Source: Candidatus Omnitrophota bacterium (GTDB lineage Bacteria > Omnitrophota > Gorgyraeia > JAHJTE01). From it: a stretch of 64,000 bases of DNA. Positions 46,244-55,933 of the stretch are shown in pieces. The DNA is taken from contig JAHJTE010000001.1 of assembly GCA_018830005.1 (NCBI GenBank), positions 65,332-129,331 on the forward strand. The letters run 5' to 3'. Each line of letters starts with the position of its first letter. The first letter of the stretch is position 1. The notes beneath the pieces are model-generated. The model saw only the letters and a list, made by a program, of their open reading frames with translations, was not told the origin of the DNA and searched no databases. The position numbers and the translations under genes are program-made.

Positions 46244-47890
46244 GTGCCTCTCGCTTCTAAAAAATTAGCACATTTGTCTTTAGTCCTATCTGATAAGTTA
46301 AGTCAAATTAGTATCCTCACCGCTCTTGTTATCAGTTTTATTTTAGGCATAATCTGTAATCATTTTTTTGGATTTGGTTTTTTTATAGCTGCGTTATTAT
46401 CTGCATTATTTCTGATTTTTGCCTCTATCCTTATAAACCAGCCTGGGAAATCAGTATTTTTATTGCTAATTGGCTTTTTCTTTTTGGGCTCATCTGTTTT
46501 AGCCAATAGCAATGCATTAAGTTCCAACCACATCAGCAACTTATTTAAATCCAAGGACAATCCCCTAGAATTAACAGGCACTATTATAGATAGCCCTGTC
46601 TTAAAGAAGTCAAAGGCCCAGTTTAGAGTTAAGGTTAAAAGCATTTGTAAAGACAACCTAAAGCTAAACGCATCAGGCAAGATTTTAGCTGTAGTAGATA
46701 AGGACTTGATAGATGATCTCTCTTGCGCTGACAATGTTAGATTGAAGGGGAAGATTTATAGGCCACTTAGCTTTAAGGAGGCAAAGAGTTCTTTTGATTA
46801 TCGCCAGTATCTGGCGAGGCAGGGCATACATTTTATTATTAATATAAGAGATGCTGCCAATATCCAGATACTTGGTATGGACAAGAGATATCTTATTTTA
46901 AGAATAGCCGCTAGGATAAGCGAGAGGTTAAATGATTTGTTATTTTTTCAGTTACCACCAATAAGCGCAACTTTCTACGCGGCAATGTTATTAGGAAGAA
47001 GGGAGGTCCTTTATCCGCAATTAAGAGAGGTCTTTGCCAATACTGGCACATCGCATATTCTGGCTATCAGCGGCCTGCATATTGGAATAGTTGCCTTTAT
47101 CTTTATTCTAACGCTTAAGGCCTTTGGCGTGAAAAGGAGAACGAGGCTGATAATCTCTCTGATCTGTCTTATATTTTATTGCATTCTTTCTGGGATGAGG
47201 CCGCCGGTAGTGCGCGCAACAATAATGGCAACTTTTGTTATCGTCGCCATCTTAATTGAGCGAGAGGAGAATATTTATAATTGCCTTTCTCTGGCGGCAT
47301 TTTTGATATTATTATTTAAGCCAAGCTATATATTTGAAGTAGGATTTCAGCTTTCATTTTTCGCTGTTTTAGGCATTGTTCTTTTTAGTTCGCGCCTTGA
47401 GCAAATTTTAGAGAATATGATAATGTTTTGTTTGGCTAAATTTTATAAGGGTGCTATAGACCTGCCTAGCTTTTTTAGGGCACTAATTTGTGCTTTTTCT
47501 ATCTCGATTTGTGCCTACTTGAGTGTTATGCCGTTGTTAATCTATCATTTTAGGATTATTACGCCATTTGCAATTCTAACTAATATCATCGTGATTCCGG
47601 CCTTAACTCTAATTTTGGCATTGGGTTTTACATTTTTGCTTTTTGCTACTCTTCTTCCACCAATTGCCGTAATTTTGGCTACACCTCTAGGAATGGCGGC
47701 AGCGGTTATGATCCATTTTATCTCTTTTGTCAGTAAACTCCCAGGGGCTTATTTTTACGTGGGTTTTAAGCTAACTCTTTGGCCAATCGTTGGCTACTAC
47801 ATTTTATTGTTTTTCCTGATTTTTGGATTATATGAACGTATCGATTCTTTTAGGCAAAGTCTATCTAACGGGGTTGACAAAGAAACATAG
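46244..47890 (+). CDS. comEC: ComEC/Rec2 competence membrane channel (no beta-lactamase domain)
   Basis: G.SHILAISGLH, PVVRATIM, GFQLSF. Confidence 0.9.
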   Translation: MPLASKKLAHLSLVLSDKLSQISILTALVISFILGIICNHFFGFGFFIAALLSALFLIFASILINQPGKSVFLLLIGFFFLGSSVLANSNALSSNHISNLFKSKDNPLELTGTIIDSPVLKKSKAQFRVKVKSICKDNLKLNASGKILAVVDKDLIDDLSCADNVRLKGKIYRPLSFKEAKSSFDYRQYLARQGIHFIINIRDAANIQILGMDKRYLILRIAARISERLNDLLFFQLPPISATFYAAMLLGRREVLYPQLREVFANTGTSHILAISGLHIGIVAFIFILTLKAFGVKRRTRLIISLICLIFYCILSGMRPPVVRATIMATFVIVAILIEREENIYNCLSLAAFLILLFKPSYIFEVGFQLSFFAVLGIVLFSSRLEQILENMIMFCLAKFYKGAIDLPSFFRALICAFSISICAYLSVMPLLIYHFRIITPFAILTNIIVIPALTLILALGFTFLLFATLLPPIAVILATPLGMAAAVMIHFISFVSKLPGAYFYVGFKLTLWPIVGYYILLFFLIFGLYERIDSFRQSLSNGVDKET

Positions 47891-47902
47891 CTATGTTAAA
47901 GT
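47874..47902 (+). promoter_or_regulatory. sigma70 promoter immediately before the bamD-like gene
   Basis: TTGACA, 17 bp, TAAAGT with TG extension; ATG 8 nt after the -10 element. Confidence 0.6.
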
Positions 47903-47909
47903 TGAGAGC

Positions 47910-48860
47910 ATGAACAAGAAAGTCATTAGTATATTGGCGATATTTCTGTTAATCTTATGGGTTAGCGACGTAAGTGCATTCTGGATTTGGACACCTGAGA
48001 CTCAACGCTGGATAAATCCCAAATATAGCGCTAAAGAGAATGCAAGATTGCAGCTAGAGGAAGTTCTCAAGTACTATAAGAGTGAGCAATATACTCTAAG
48101 TTTACGCGAGGCGAGAAAGTTAGTAAGTTATTTTCCGAGTGCGCGTGAGGCAGCTGAAGGTCAATTTTATGTTGGGGCAAGCCTTGAGAAATTGAATCAG
48201 TATTATGACGCCTATAAGGCATATCAGCTAGCAATAGAAAAGTATCCTTTTTCTGAAAGGATTATGGAAATGACGCAGCGTCAATACGAAATAGGAAATC
48301 TATTTCTTGAAGGAAAGGTAAAACATTCATGGAATAGTTTTTTAAGCGGCGATGAACCAGCAATAGAGATATTTTCTAGCGTAATCGAAAATGCCCCTTA
48401 TAGTGAATTTGCTGCCGCCAGTCAATATAAGTTAGGGCTTGCCCTGCTAAAGGACAAGCGTCTCTATGAAGCAAAAGAGGCATTTACTAAGGTCTTGGAT
48501 AATTATTCTAATAGCGAATGGCTTGAGGAAGCTGAATATCAGATCGCTGTAGTTACAGCCAAGATGTCAGGAGGCTTTGATTACGATCAGGCCGGCGCTT
48601 CTTCAGCCAGGAGGCAATTGGAAGATTTTATTAAAGAACATCCGGATACGCAATTGAAGACTGAGGCTAGTAAGAGGGTTGCTACTTTGAAAGAAGACGA
48701 AGCACAGGGCAATTTTAATACAGCCCACTTTTATGAAAAACAGAAGGCCTATAAAAGCGCTAAAATCTATTATCAATACGTTATTGCTAATCATCCTCAA
48801 AGTCCTTGGGCTAAGAAGGCAAAAGAGAGGCTGGCAGAAATCAAGGAGGAAAATGAGTAA
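47910..48860 (+). CDS. bamD: BamD-like TPR protein
   Basis: TPR repeats, A.FYEK...AKIYY..V...P.S; upstream of lptE-holA; start 47910. Confidence 0.75.
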   Translation: MNKKVISILAIFLLILWVSDVSAFWIWTPETQRWINPKYSAKENARLQLEEVLKYYKSEQYTLSLREARKLVSYFPSAREAAEGQFYVGASLEKLNQYYDAYKAYQLAIEKYPFSERIMEMTQRQYEIGNLFLEGKVKHSWNSFLSGDEPAIEIFSSVIENAPYSEFAAASQYKLGLALLKDKRLYEAKEAFTKVLDNYSNSEWLEEAEYQIAVVTAKMSGGFDYDQAGASSARRQLEDFIKEHPDTQLKTEASKRVATLKEDEAQGNFNTAHFYEKQKAYKSAKIYYQYVIANHPQSPWAKKAKERLAEIKEENE

Positions 48861-49416
48861 AAGATTACGCCTTGTTGGGCCTATTAAATTTTTGTTCTTA
48901 TATCTTATTATTTTTGCGTTTGTCGGCTGCGGTTATACTACGCGCTCGAGTATTTATCCTGCTGGCACCACAATTGCCATAATGCCTTTCTTGAATAAAA
49001 TTAATATCGCTGATGAAAGGAGTGAATATCGTAGACTCGTAAATTATTTCCCACTCTTAGAGACAAAGGTAACGAATGCTGTTGTTGATCGTTTCCTGAT
49101 GGATGGAAATCTTAAAGTATCCCGCTTAGAAAACACGGATTTAATTCTGGAAGGCGAAATTCTAAGATATAAGCGCGATGCACTTCAATATACTGATAAT
49201 AATGAAGATGTTACAGAGTATCGCGTTACCCTTTTCTCAAATATAACATTAAAAGATAAGGCCAATGATAAGGTCGTCTTTCAAGAGAATAATTTCGCTG
49301 GTGAAGCTACCTATTATACTCAAGGTTCTTTAGCGAAAAGCGAGACTGTGGCAGTGGAAGATGCTGTTTCTGATCTTGCGCGCAGGATTGTAGAAAGAGT
49401 TGTAGAGGCATGGTAG
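48853..49416 (+). CDS. lptE: LptE-family lipoprotein
   Basis: Lipobox FVGCGY; typical position before holA. Confidence 0.75.
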   Translation: MSKRLRLVGPIKFLFLYLIIFAFVGCGYTTRSSIYPAGTTIAIMPFLNKINIADERSEYRRLVNYFPLLETKVTNAVVDRFLMDGNLKVSRLENTDLILEGEILRYKRDALQYTDNNEDVTEYRVTLFSNITLKDKANDKVVFQENNFAGEATYYTQGSLAKSETVAVEDAVSDLARRIVERVVEAW

Positions 49417-50096
49417 ATAATGCTATTGTTTTTATTTCAGGGGATGATGTAACATTAAAAGATGACAAGATTACTTTACTGAAAAAAAAATTTACAACTT
49501 CTATTCCTGCAGTGGCAGAATTTAACACCGATGATATCAACTCGCAAGGGCTAACGGTTAATAGTTTGGGCCAGATACTTGCGCGTCTGCCTGTGGATTG
49601 CAAGAAGCGACTTTTAATCATCAGAGATGTAGACCATCTTCCTGAAAGGGTTTGCGCATATCTTCTTGACTTTATCAGGAATTCAAAAAACACCCCTCTT
49701 GAACTCATCCTATGTACAAGTCAAGATAAAAAGGCCTCCCACAACAAATTAATTACATATCTGGAAGAGTCAAAGACTGTTCAGAAAATACATTGTCGCA
49801 AGAAACGAGAAATGCGTGTTTTTGATTTGGCGCGTAATATCATCGATTATGGCAATACCCCTGGTTGCCTTTCTATATTACAACAATTGTTAATAGGCGG
49901 TACGCAGCCGCCTCAGGTTTTAGGAGGCCTATTCTGGTATTGGAATAATACCTTAGCTGATAAGGGATGCCGTAATTGGCAAGCGGATTTAGATTTATTT
50001 CTTGATACGGATTTGAAGATTAAAACGGGGAAGGTGTCTGCAGATCTTGCCTTAGAGCTATTGGTAGTTAGGCTTTGTCAGAAGGTGCATTCGTAA
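49410..50096 (+). CDS. holA: DNA polymerase III delta subunit-like (short)
   Basis: D..IKTG....LALELLVV C-terminus; leuS-lptE-holA-rpsT synteny. Confidence 0.7.
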   Translation: MVDNAIVFISGDDVTLKDDKITLLKKKFTTSIPAVAEFNTDDINSQGLTVNSLGQILARLPVDCKKRLLIIRDVDHLPERVCAYLLDFIRNSKNTPLELILCTSQDKKASHNKLITYLEESKTVQKIHCRKKREMRVFDLARNIIDYGNTPGCLSILQQLLIGGTQPPQVLGGLFWYWNNTLADKGCRNWQADLDLFLDTDLKIKTGKVSADLALELLVVRLCQKVHS

Positions 50097-50352
50097 CCAG
50101 GAGAAACTTTTTGTGGAGACGTCCTTTTCTACGCGAGGCCGTATTTTTGTGGATTATTCCCTGTGCGGCAGCCTTATCTAATTTGGCAAATGCCTCTTTT
50201 AAGGAAGCTAGTAATTCTTCCCTTTTTTTATCTTTTAGAAGCGCCTGAAATTTTTTTAAAGATTTTTTGAGATTGGTTTTTATCTTTATGTTACGTAGGC
50301 GCCTTTTTTTATCGGCTCGCAGCCTTTTTAGTCCAGCTTTTCTTTGTGGCAA
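50068..50352 (-). CDS. rpsT: 30S ribosomal protein S20
   Basis: KR.R...KRRLRN, LDKAA..GIIHKNTASRRKGRL; TTG start. Confidence 0.95.
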   Translation of the reverse strand: MPQRKAGLKRLRADKKRRLRNIKIKTNLKKSLKKFQALLKDKKREELLASLKEAFAKLDKAAAQGIIHKNTASRRKGRLHKKFLLVTNAPSDKA

Positions 50353-50445
50353 TTCTTTTCACCTCTTATTAGGGATTTTAAAAAAGGTTTCATCCGAGAA
50401 AGCTTTATAAATCTAGTATGCTTTAAGGCTTTCTTCAGTTAAGCA

Positions 50446-50474
50446 AATATACCAAAAATTAAATTTTATGTCAA
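50446..50474 (-). promoter_or_regulatory. sigma70 promoter for rpsT
   Basis: Minus strand TTGACA, 17 bp, TATATT; the -35 overlaps the murJ start codon. Confidence 0.65.
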
Positions 50475-52060
50475 CTAATAATTTGCCATATCTTGAATCT
50501 CGTATTTTGCGCTCAGCCTCTGTTGTTGGCGCTGCTACATTTGTCTCCAGAATCACGGGTTTTTTCCGGGACGTAGTATTAGCGTATTTCTTCGGCACAG
50601 GTATTCAGATGCAGGCGTTTATTGTTGCTTTTCGCCTACCGAATCTATTACGTAATCTTATTGGAGAAGGCGCGACAAATACTACACTTGTTCCTGTATT
50701 CTCCAAATTGCTTTCTCAAGCTAAAAGAGAAGAATTCTTAAGATTAAGCCAATTTTTATTTAAACTTATGCTCACAAGCTTAGTGGGCATTGTTATTCTT
50801 AGCGAGATTGCTTCAGGTGCTCTAGTGCGGATTATTGCCCCTGGATTCTTGGATGAGCCTGAAAAGTTGTTTTTGGCAATAAAGATGTCCCGTATTACTT
50901 TTGTTTATATTTTGCTAATAGGTCTTGTGGCTTACAATACCTCCCTTCTTAATTCCATGAATAATTTTGCATCAAGCGCTATTGCCCCCATGTTGTTAAA
51001 TCTAAGCCTTATCATTGGTGCATTCGTATCTGTAAGAGTTATGGATGAACCTATTTTGGGCATTGCCTGGGCAGTTATTGTCGGAGGAATTCTGCAGTTT
51101 TCTTGTCAGCTGCCGTCGCTAGTGAGGAATCACATAACTCCTTGGAGTAATATTTTTCATTTTAAGATAGAACCTGAAGTCAAGCATGCTTCAGCCAGGG
51201 TTGGCCGACTCTTCTGGCCGCGGACTCTGGGGGCGGCAGTTTATCAGATAAATGTATTTATAGATACTATTATTGCTTCTTTGTCGTCCCTTGTCGGTCC
51301 GGGTGCAGTTGCGGCGATATATTACGCAAACCGCATAATACAGCTTCCTCTGGGAATATTTGCCTTTGCTCTTTCTAGTGCCTTGCTTCCGCGTTTTTCT
51401 GCTTTTGTAGCTCTCAATGAAAAGGACAAATTAGCTAAAAGCTTTGTTTTTTCTATGAATATGATAACAGTTATTATGCTGCCAATTAGCTTCTTTCTTA
51501 TCCTCCTGTCCAGGCCGATAACAACAGCAATATTTCAGCGCGGAGAGTTTGGTATAGCTTCAAGCCAAATAACATCTTTGGCCCTATTGTTTTATTCTCT
51601 GGGTCTATACTTTTTTGCTGCGGTAAAAATTACACTTGCCTGTTTCTATGCCTTAGAAGATACAAGAAGGCCGGTTAAGATTGCTGCCTTCTGTTTGGTC
51701 CTAAATCTAATATTAAACATTATTCTAGCCATTCCCTTAAAGATTGGAGGCCTTGCCCTTGCTAGTTCTATTTCTGCAGCGATAAATTTAATTCTTTTGT
51801 GTAGATTCTTAAAGGGGCACATTCCATCTCTTAAATACGGGGAGATCTTTGGCCTACCTTTTTTGAGAATATTTGCCTGCGCGCTATTTATGATATTTTG
51901 CATTAATTGGACGTGGCAGCATTTATTCATCTGTCATGTACTTTTTATCCGCCTAATATTCAATTTGATTTTAGCTGCCTTTATTTATTTAGCCGCAGGC
52001 TTGTTATTTAAAATCAATGAGATAAAGCAGGCCCTCCTATGGATATTAAGAAAAGATTAA
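50468..52060 (+). CDS. murJ: Lipid II flippase
   Basis: SRITGFFRD, AFRLPNLLR.L.GEG, YANRI.QLPLG, FQRG.F. Confidence 0.95.
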   Translation: MSTNNLPYLESRILRSASVVGAATFVSRITGFFRDVVLAYFFGTGIQMQAFIVAFRLPNLLRNLIGEGATNTTLVPVFSKLLSQAKREEFLRLSQFLFKLMLTSLVGIVILSEIASGALVRIIAPGFLDEPEKLFLAIKMSRITFVYILLIGLVAYNTSLLNSMNNFASSAIAPMLLNLSLIIGAFVSVRVMDEPILGIAWAVIVGGILQFSCQLPSLVRNHITPWSNIFHFKIEPEVKHASARVGRLFWPRTLGAAVYQINVFIDTIIASLSSLVGPGAVAAIYYANRIIQLPLGIFAFALSSALLPRFSAFVALNEKDKLAKSFVFSMNMITVIMLPISFFLILLSRPITTAIFQRGEFGIASSQITSLALLFYSLGLYFFAAVKITLACFYALEDTRRPVKIAAFCLVLNLILNIILAIPLKIGGLALASSISAAINLILLCRFLKGHIPSLKYGEIFGLPFLRIFACALFMIFCINWTWQHLFICHVLFIRLIFNLILAAFIYLAAGLLFKINEIKQALLWILRKD

Positions 52061-53292
52061 AATCTATTCCTGATGCAGCTGGCGTCTACATTATGAAAGA
52101 TAGTAATTCAGATATACTCTATGTTGGCAAGGCCACGTCTTTAAACAAGCGCATAACATCTTACTTTTATAGAAAAAAAGATTTAGAGCCTAAGATTCAG
52201 ATTATGCTGGGAAGGCTTTCGACTATTGATATTAAGGAGTGTAACAGTGAAGCAGAGGCCTTGATTCTAGAATCTGAACTTATAAAGAAACTGCATCCAA
52301 AATATAATACGATTGGAAAAGACGATAAGAGTTTTCCCTGGGTGAAAATTACAAAGGAGGACTTCCCTAGAGTTCTGTTCACAAGGCCCAAAACAGGCGA
52401 GGATGCTATTCTCATCGGTCCTTTTACCAGCTCCTGCACCTTAAAGTCAGTATTAAAGACTATCAGAAATATATTTCCGTTTCGGACTTGCTCTCAGATG
52501 CATAAAAAACCATGTTTGAATTATTCTTTGGGGCTTTGTCCTGCTCCTTGTATCTTTAAGATTAGTAAGAAAGATTATCAGCGTCATATTAGACGTATAC
52601 GTCAAATTCTAGAGGGTAAAACAAGGACCATCCTAAAGGATCTTTCAGTAAGGATGCATACACTTTCGCAAAAACAGAGATTTGAAGAGGCAGGATTGAT
52701 TCGCGATCAAATCCAGGCCTTAGAGTCTTTGTGGAAGAATGAGCCGCAATTAGGTAAAATCAATGTCCTCTGGCAGTTGAAAAGCGCCCTAGCCCTAAAA
52801 CGTCTTCCTTTAAGGATTGAAGGCTTTGATATCTCGAATATCTCTGGAGATTATAACGTTGGTTCTTTAGTTTCCTTTTATAAGACTCAACCTGATAAGA
52901 GTCAATATCGGCGTTATAGAGTTAAGACTGTTTCTGGGGCAAATGACTACGAGAGTATTTTAGAAATAGTAAGGCGTAGATTTTCCAGGATAAAAGAGGA
53001 TAATCTAAAGAGGCCGGATCTGTTTATTGTTGACGGCGGCAAGGGACAGGTCTCAGCATTAAAGAAGGCATTGATTGAGCAAGGTCTTGATATTGCTGTT
53101 ATTGGCATTGCAAAGAGGAAAGAGCATATATTTATGCCGGGGAAAAAAGAATTTCTCGTTCTGAATCCACATTCTCCTGCTCTACATTTAATACAGCAGG
53201 TTCGCAACGAGGCACATCGTTTTGCGCTTAAATATCACCGGCTACTACGTAAAAAAAATATGCTAAAATCAAAGATAAAAGATGAAAAATAA
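52039..53292 (+). CDS. uvrC: Excinuclease ABC subunit C (short form)
   Basis: GVY...LYVGKA GIY-YIG, Cys cluster, FEEA..IRD UVR motif, EGFDIS, DGGKGQ, RNEAHRFA. Confidence 0.88.
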   Translation: MDIKKRLKSIPDAAGVYIMKDSNSDILYVGKATSLNKRITSYFYRKKDLEPKIQIMLGRLSTIDIKECNSEAEALILESELIKKLHPKYNTIGKDDKSFPWVKITKEDFPRVLFTRPKTGEDAILIGPFTSSCTLKSVLKTIRNIFPFRTCSQMHKKPCLNYSLGLCPAPCIFKISKKDYQRHIRRIRQILEGKTRTILKDLSVRMHTLSQKQRFEEAGLIRDQIQALESLWKNEPQLGKINVLWQLKSALALKRLPLRIEGFDISNISGDYNVGSLVSFYKTQPDKSQYRRYRVKTVSGANDYESILEIVRRRFSRIKEDNLKRPDLFIVDGGKGQVSALKKALIEQGLDIAVIGIAKRKEHIFMPGKKEFLVLNPHSPALHLIQQVRNEAHRFALKYHRLLRKKNMLKSKIKDEK

Positions 53293-53668
53293 ACACAAGA
53301 AAAAGAAAATTGGTGATAAAATAGATTTAGGAGACCCTTTTAGTAAGGTTCTAAGCGGGCTAACAGAGTTTAGCAAAGGAGTCTTAAGGGCAACTTATAA
53401 AATACCACTGGGTCAGACACGTAGTTATCAGTGGGTTGCTTCTAAAATAGGCAGGCCCAAGGCATGTCGTGCTGTTGGAGCAGCCTTAAAGAAAAATCCA
53501 TACCCATTATTAATTCCTTGCCATAGGGTAGTGAGGATTAATGGAGAGATTGGCGGGTATTCAAGAGGCATAAGAAAAAAGAAAGATCTGTTAGCGATTG
53601 AAAAAGAAATAGCAGAAATTTTAAAGAAGAAGAAAGGCAATCCAAGGAGTAAGAAATGGCCAAGATGA
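53282..53668 (+). CDS. ogt: Methylated-DNA--protein-cysteine methyltransferase (C-terminal domain only)
   Basis: IPLG.T.SY, RAVG.AL..NP, IPCHRVV. Confidence 0.88.
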   Translation: MKNKHKKKKIGDKIDLGDPFSKVLSGLTEFSKGVLRATYKIPLGQTRSYQWVASKIGRPKACRAVGAALKKNPYPLLIPCHRVVRINGEIGGYSRGIRKKKDLLAIEKEIAEILKKKKGNPRSKKWPR

Positions 53669-54729
53669 AAGATCTATTTAAGCAGATGGTGGAAAAAGAC
53701 GCATCAGATTTAATACTGCGTGCTGGTTCGCAATGCTGGATGAGGATTCATTCAAGGCTGGAAAAAGTAGGAGAACAAGTGCTCTCTGTTGAGGATTTGA
53801 TGCGCATGGTAAATGAGATTATTAATGATGAACAGCGCAAACAGTTTAATAAGACAAGAAACGTAGATTTTGCTGTATATTTCGAAGACCTAGGTCGTTT
53901 TCGGGCAAGTCTGTTTGTACAGAGAAATTCTCCTGCGATTGTTGTCAGACGAGTGCGTAGAGACCTGCAGACCTTTGAGGAATTGAATTTGCCAGCAGAT
54001 ATTTTAAAAAAATTGTCCCTGGAGAAAAGAGGCATGGTCTTCTTAACCGGAGCTGCCGGAAGCGGTAAATCCACTACGATTGCCAGTATGATTGAGCATA
54101 TGAATCAAAATATAAGTAGACATGTTATTACCTTAGAGGAGCCTATTGAGTTTACATTTGAAGATAAGAGATCGATAATAAACCAGAGAGAGCTGGGTTT
54201 GGATGTTGATTCCTATGCAGATGCCCTAAAGCATTTTACTTATCAGAGCCCGGACGTTATCTTTATCGGTAATATCCGTGACTTAGAGACTATGAGTGCT
54301 GCCCTTACTGCTGCTGAGACAGGTGTCTTGGTTTTAAGCACACTTCATACTGTTAATGCGGCCCAAACAATTGAGCGGATAATTAATTTTTTCCCTCCGC
54401 ACCAACATCTAGAGGTAAGGGTACAGCTATCTATGTTATTGAAGGGCGTTATATCTTTAAGACTTATTCCGAGAAAGGACAGACCGGGTTGTATTCCAGC
54501 TTATGAGACAATGCTGCTTACTCCTACAATTTCGCGATTGATTCGAGAAGGAAAGATTTGGGAGATTACTTCCTTCTTATACGAGGGAGAAATATTTGGC
54601 ATGCAGACATTCCGTCAATCTATTGTAAAGCTGATTCGTAATGACAGTATTACAATTGAGGATGGAATGGAATTCTGCGACAACAAGGATGAATTAGAGC
54701 TTGATTTAAAAGGGATAAAGAGGCTATAA
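53656..54729 (+). CDS. PilT/PilU-family type IV pilus ATPase (degenerate motifs)
   Basis: ASDL, GSGKSTT, EEPIE, QRELG, STLHT, GMQTF. Confidence 0.9.
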   Translation: MAKMKDLFKQMVEKDASDLILRAGSQCWMRIHSRLEKVGEQVLSVEDLMRMVNEIINDEQRKQFNKTRNVDFAVYFEDLGRFRASLFVQRNSPAIVVRRVRRDLQTFEELNLPADILKKLSLEKRGMVFLTGAAGSGKSTTIASMIEHMNQNISRHVITLEEPIEFTFEDKRSIINQRELGLDVDSYADALKHFTYQSPDVIFIGNIRDLETMSAALTAAETGVLVLSTLHTVNAAQTIERIINFFPPHQHLEVRVQLSMLLKGVISLRLIPRKDRPGCIPAYETMLLTPTISRLIREGKIWEITSFLYEGEIFGMQTFRQSIVKLIRNDSITIEDGMEFCDNKDELELDLKGIKRL

Positions 54730-54816
54730 AGTTTGCCTTAAGTCAGTCGTTGAGACTCAACGTACGACAGGCGTTTTTGGCTTTTGTTATATTATGCAAT
54801 CGAAGGGAGAATATTT

Positions 54817-55933
54817 ATGCAGGAAGAATTAAATATCCACATCAATGAATTAAGGAACCGCTTAGAACATTTAAGAGGTTATCTTTGACATAGATAATAA
54901 GCGAAAGGGCATTTCCCAGATTGAGGCTCAGATGAGCGAGCCTGATTTCTGGTCCGATATTAACCTGGCAAATAAAAAGACGTCTGAGCTTAAGGATTTA
55001 AAGTCTTCTGTTCGGCTTTGGTCAGAGATTAATGTTAAGCTGGAAGAATTAGATGAATTATTGCATGCCAGTACTTGTAATGATGTAGCGTTGATAGAAG
55101 AGATAAAGAATGAAGCGGCCAAGTTGGATGAAGAGTTGAATGCCTTGGAATTCAGGACGCTTTTTTCAGGCAGGTTTGATAAAAACAACGCAATAGTTAA
55201 CATCAACGCCGGCGCTGGTGGTACGGAATCTTGTGATTGGACCTCAATGCTTTATAGGATGTATACCCGCTGGGCAGAAAACAAAGGTTTTACTGCTAAG
55301 ATTATTGATGTCTTAGCAGGTGAAGAGGCAGGTATAAAAAACGTTACATTCTCGGTTAAAGGTGAATATGCCTATGGATATTTGAGATCAGAAAAAGGCG
55401 TGCATCGCCTGGTACGAATCTCTCCTTTTGATGCAAATAAGCGTCGACATACCTCTTTTGCCTCCGTAGGCGTTATCCCAGAAGTCCAAGATGATGTAGA
55501 CATACAGATAAATATAGCTGATTTACGCATTGATACTTATCGTTCTTCCGGGGCCGGGGGTCAGCATGTCAATGTTACAGACTCTGCAGTCAGGATAACA
55601 CACCTTCCTACAGGCATAGTAGTGCAGTGTCAGAACGAGCGTAGTCAGTATCAGAATAAGGCTGTGGCTATGAGGATTTTGCGCGCTCGGCTGTATGAAA
55701 AATCACTAGAAGAGCGGCAGCAGGAGATATCAGCAGAGCACGCACAAAAGAAAAAGATAGAATGGGGAAGCCAGATACGTTCCTATGTAATGCATCCTTA
55801 TTCTCTTGTAAAAGACCATAGGACCGAATTTGAAATGGGAAATGTTAACGCTGTATTGAACGGTGAAGTAGATAAATTCATTGAGCAATTTTTAAAATAT
55901 AAGGCGAGCAAAAGTGATGGGAATATTATCTAA
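54817..55933 (+). CDS. prfB: Peptide chain release factor 2, with programmed +1 frameshift at 54883-54889
   Basis: ATG 54817 reads [23 protein letters not shown], then CTT TGA C with AGAGGT upstream; +1 frame continues into the ORF with SPF and GGQ motifs. Confidence 0.96.
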
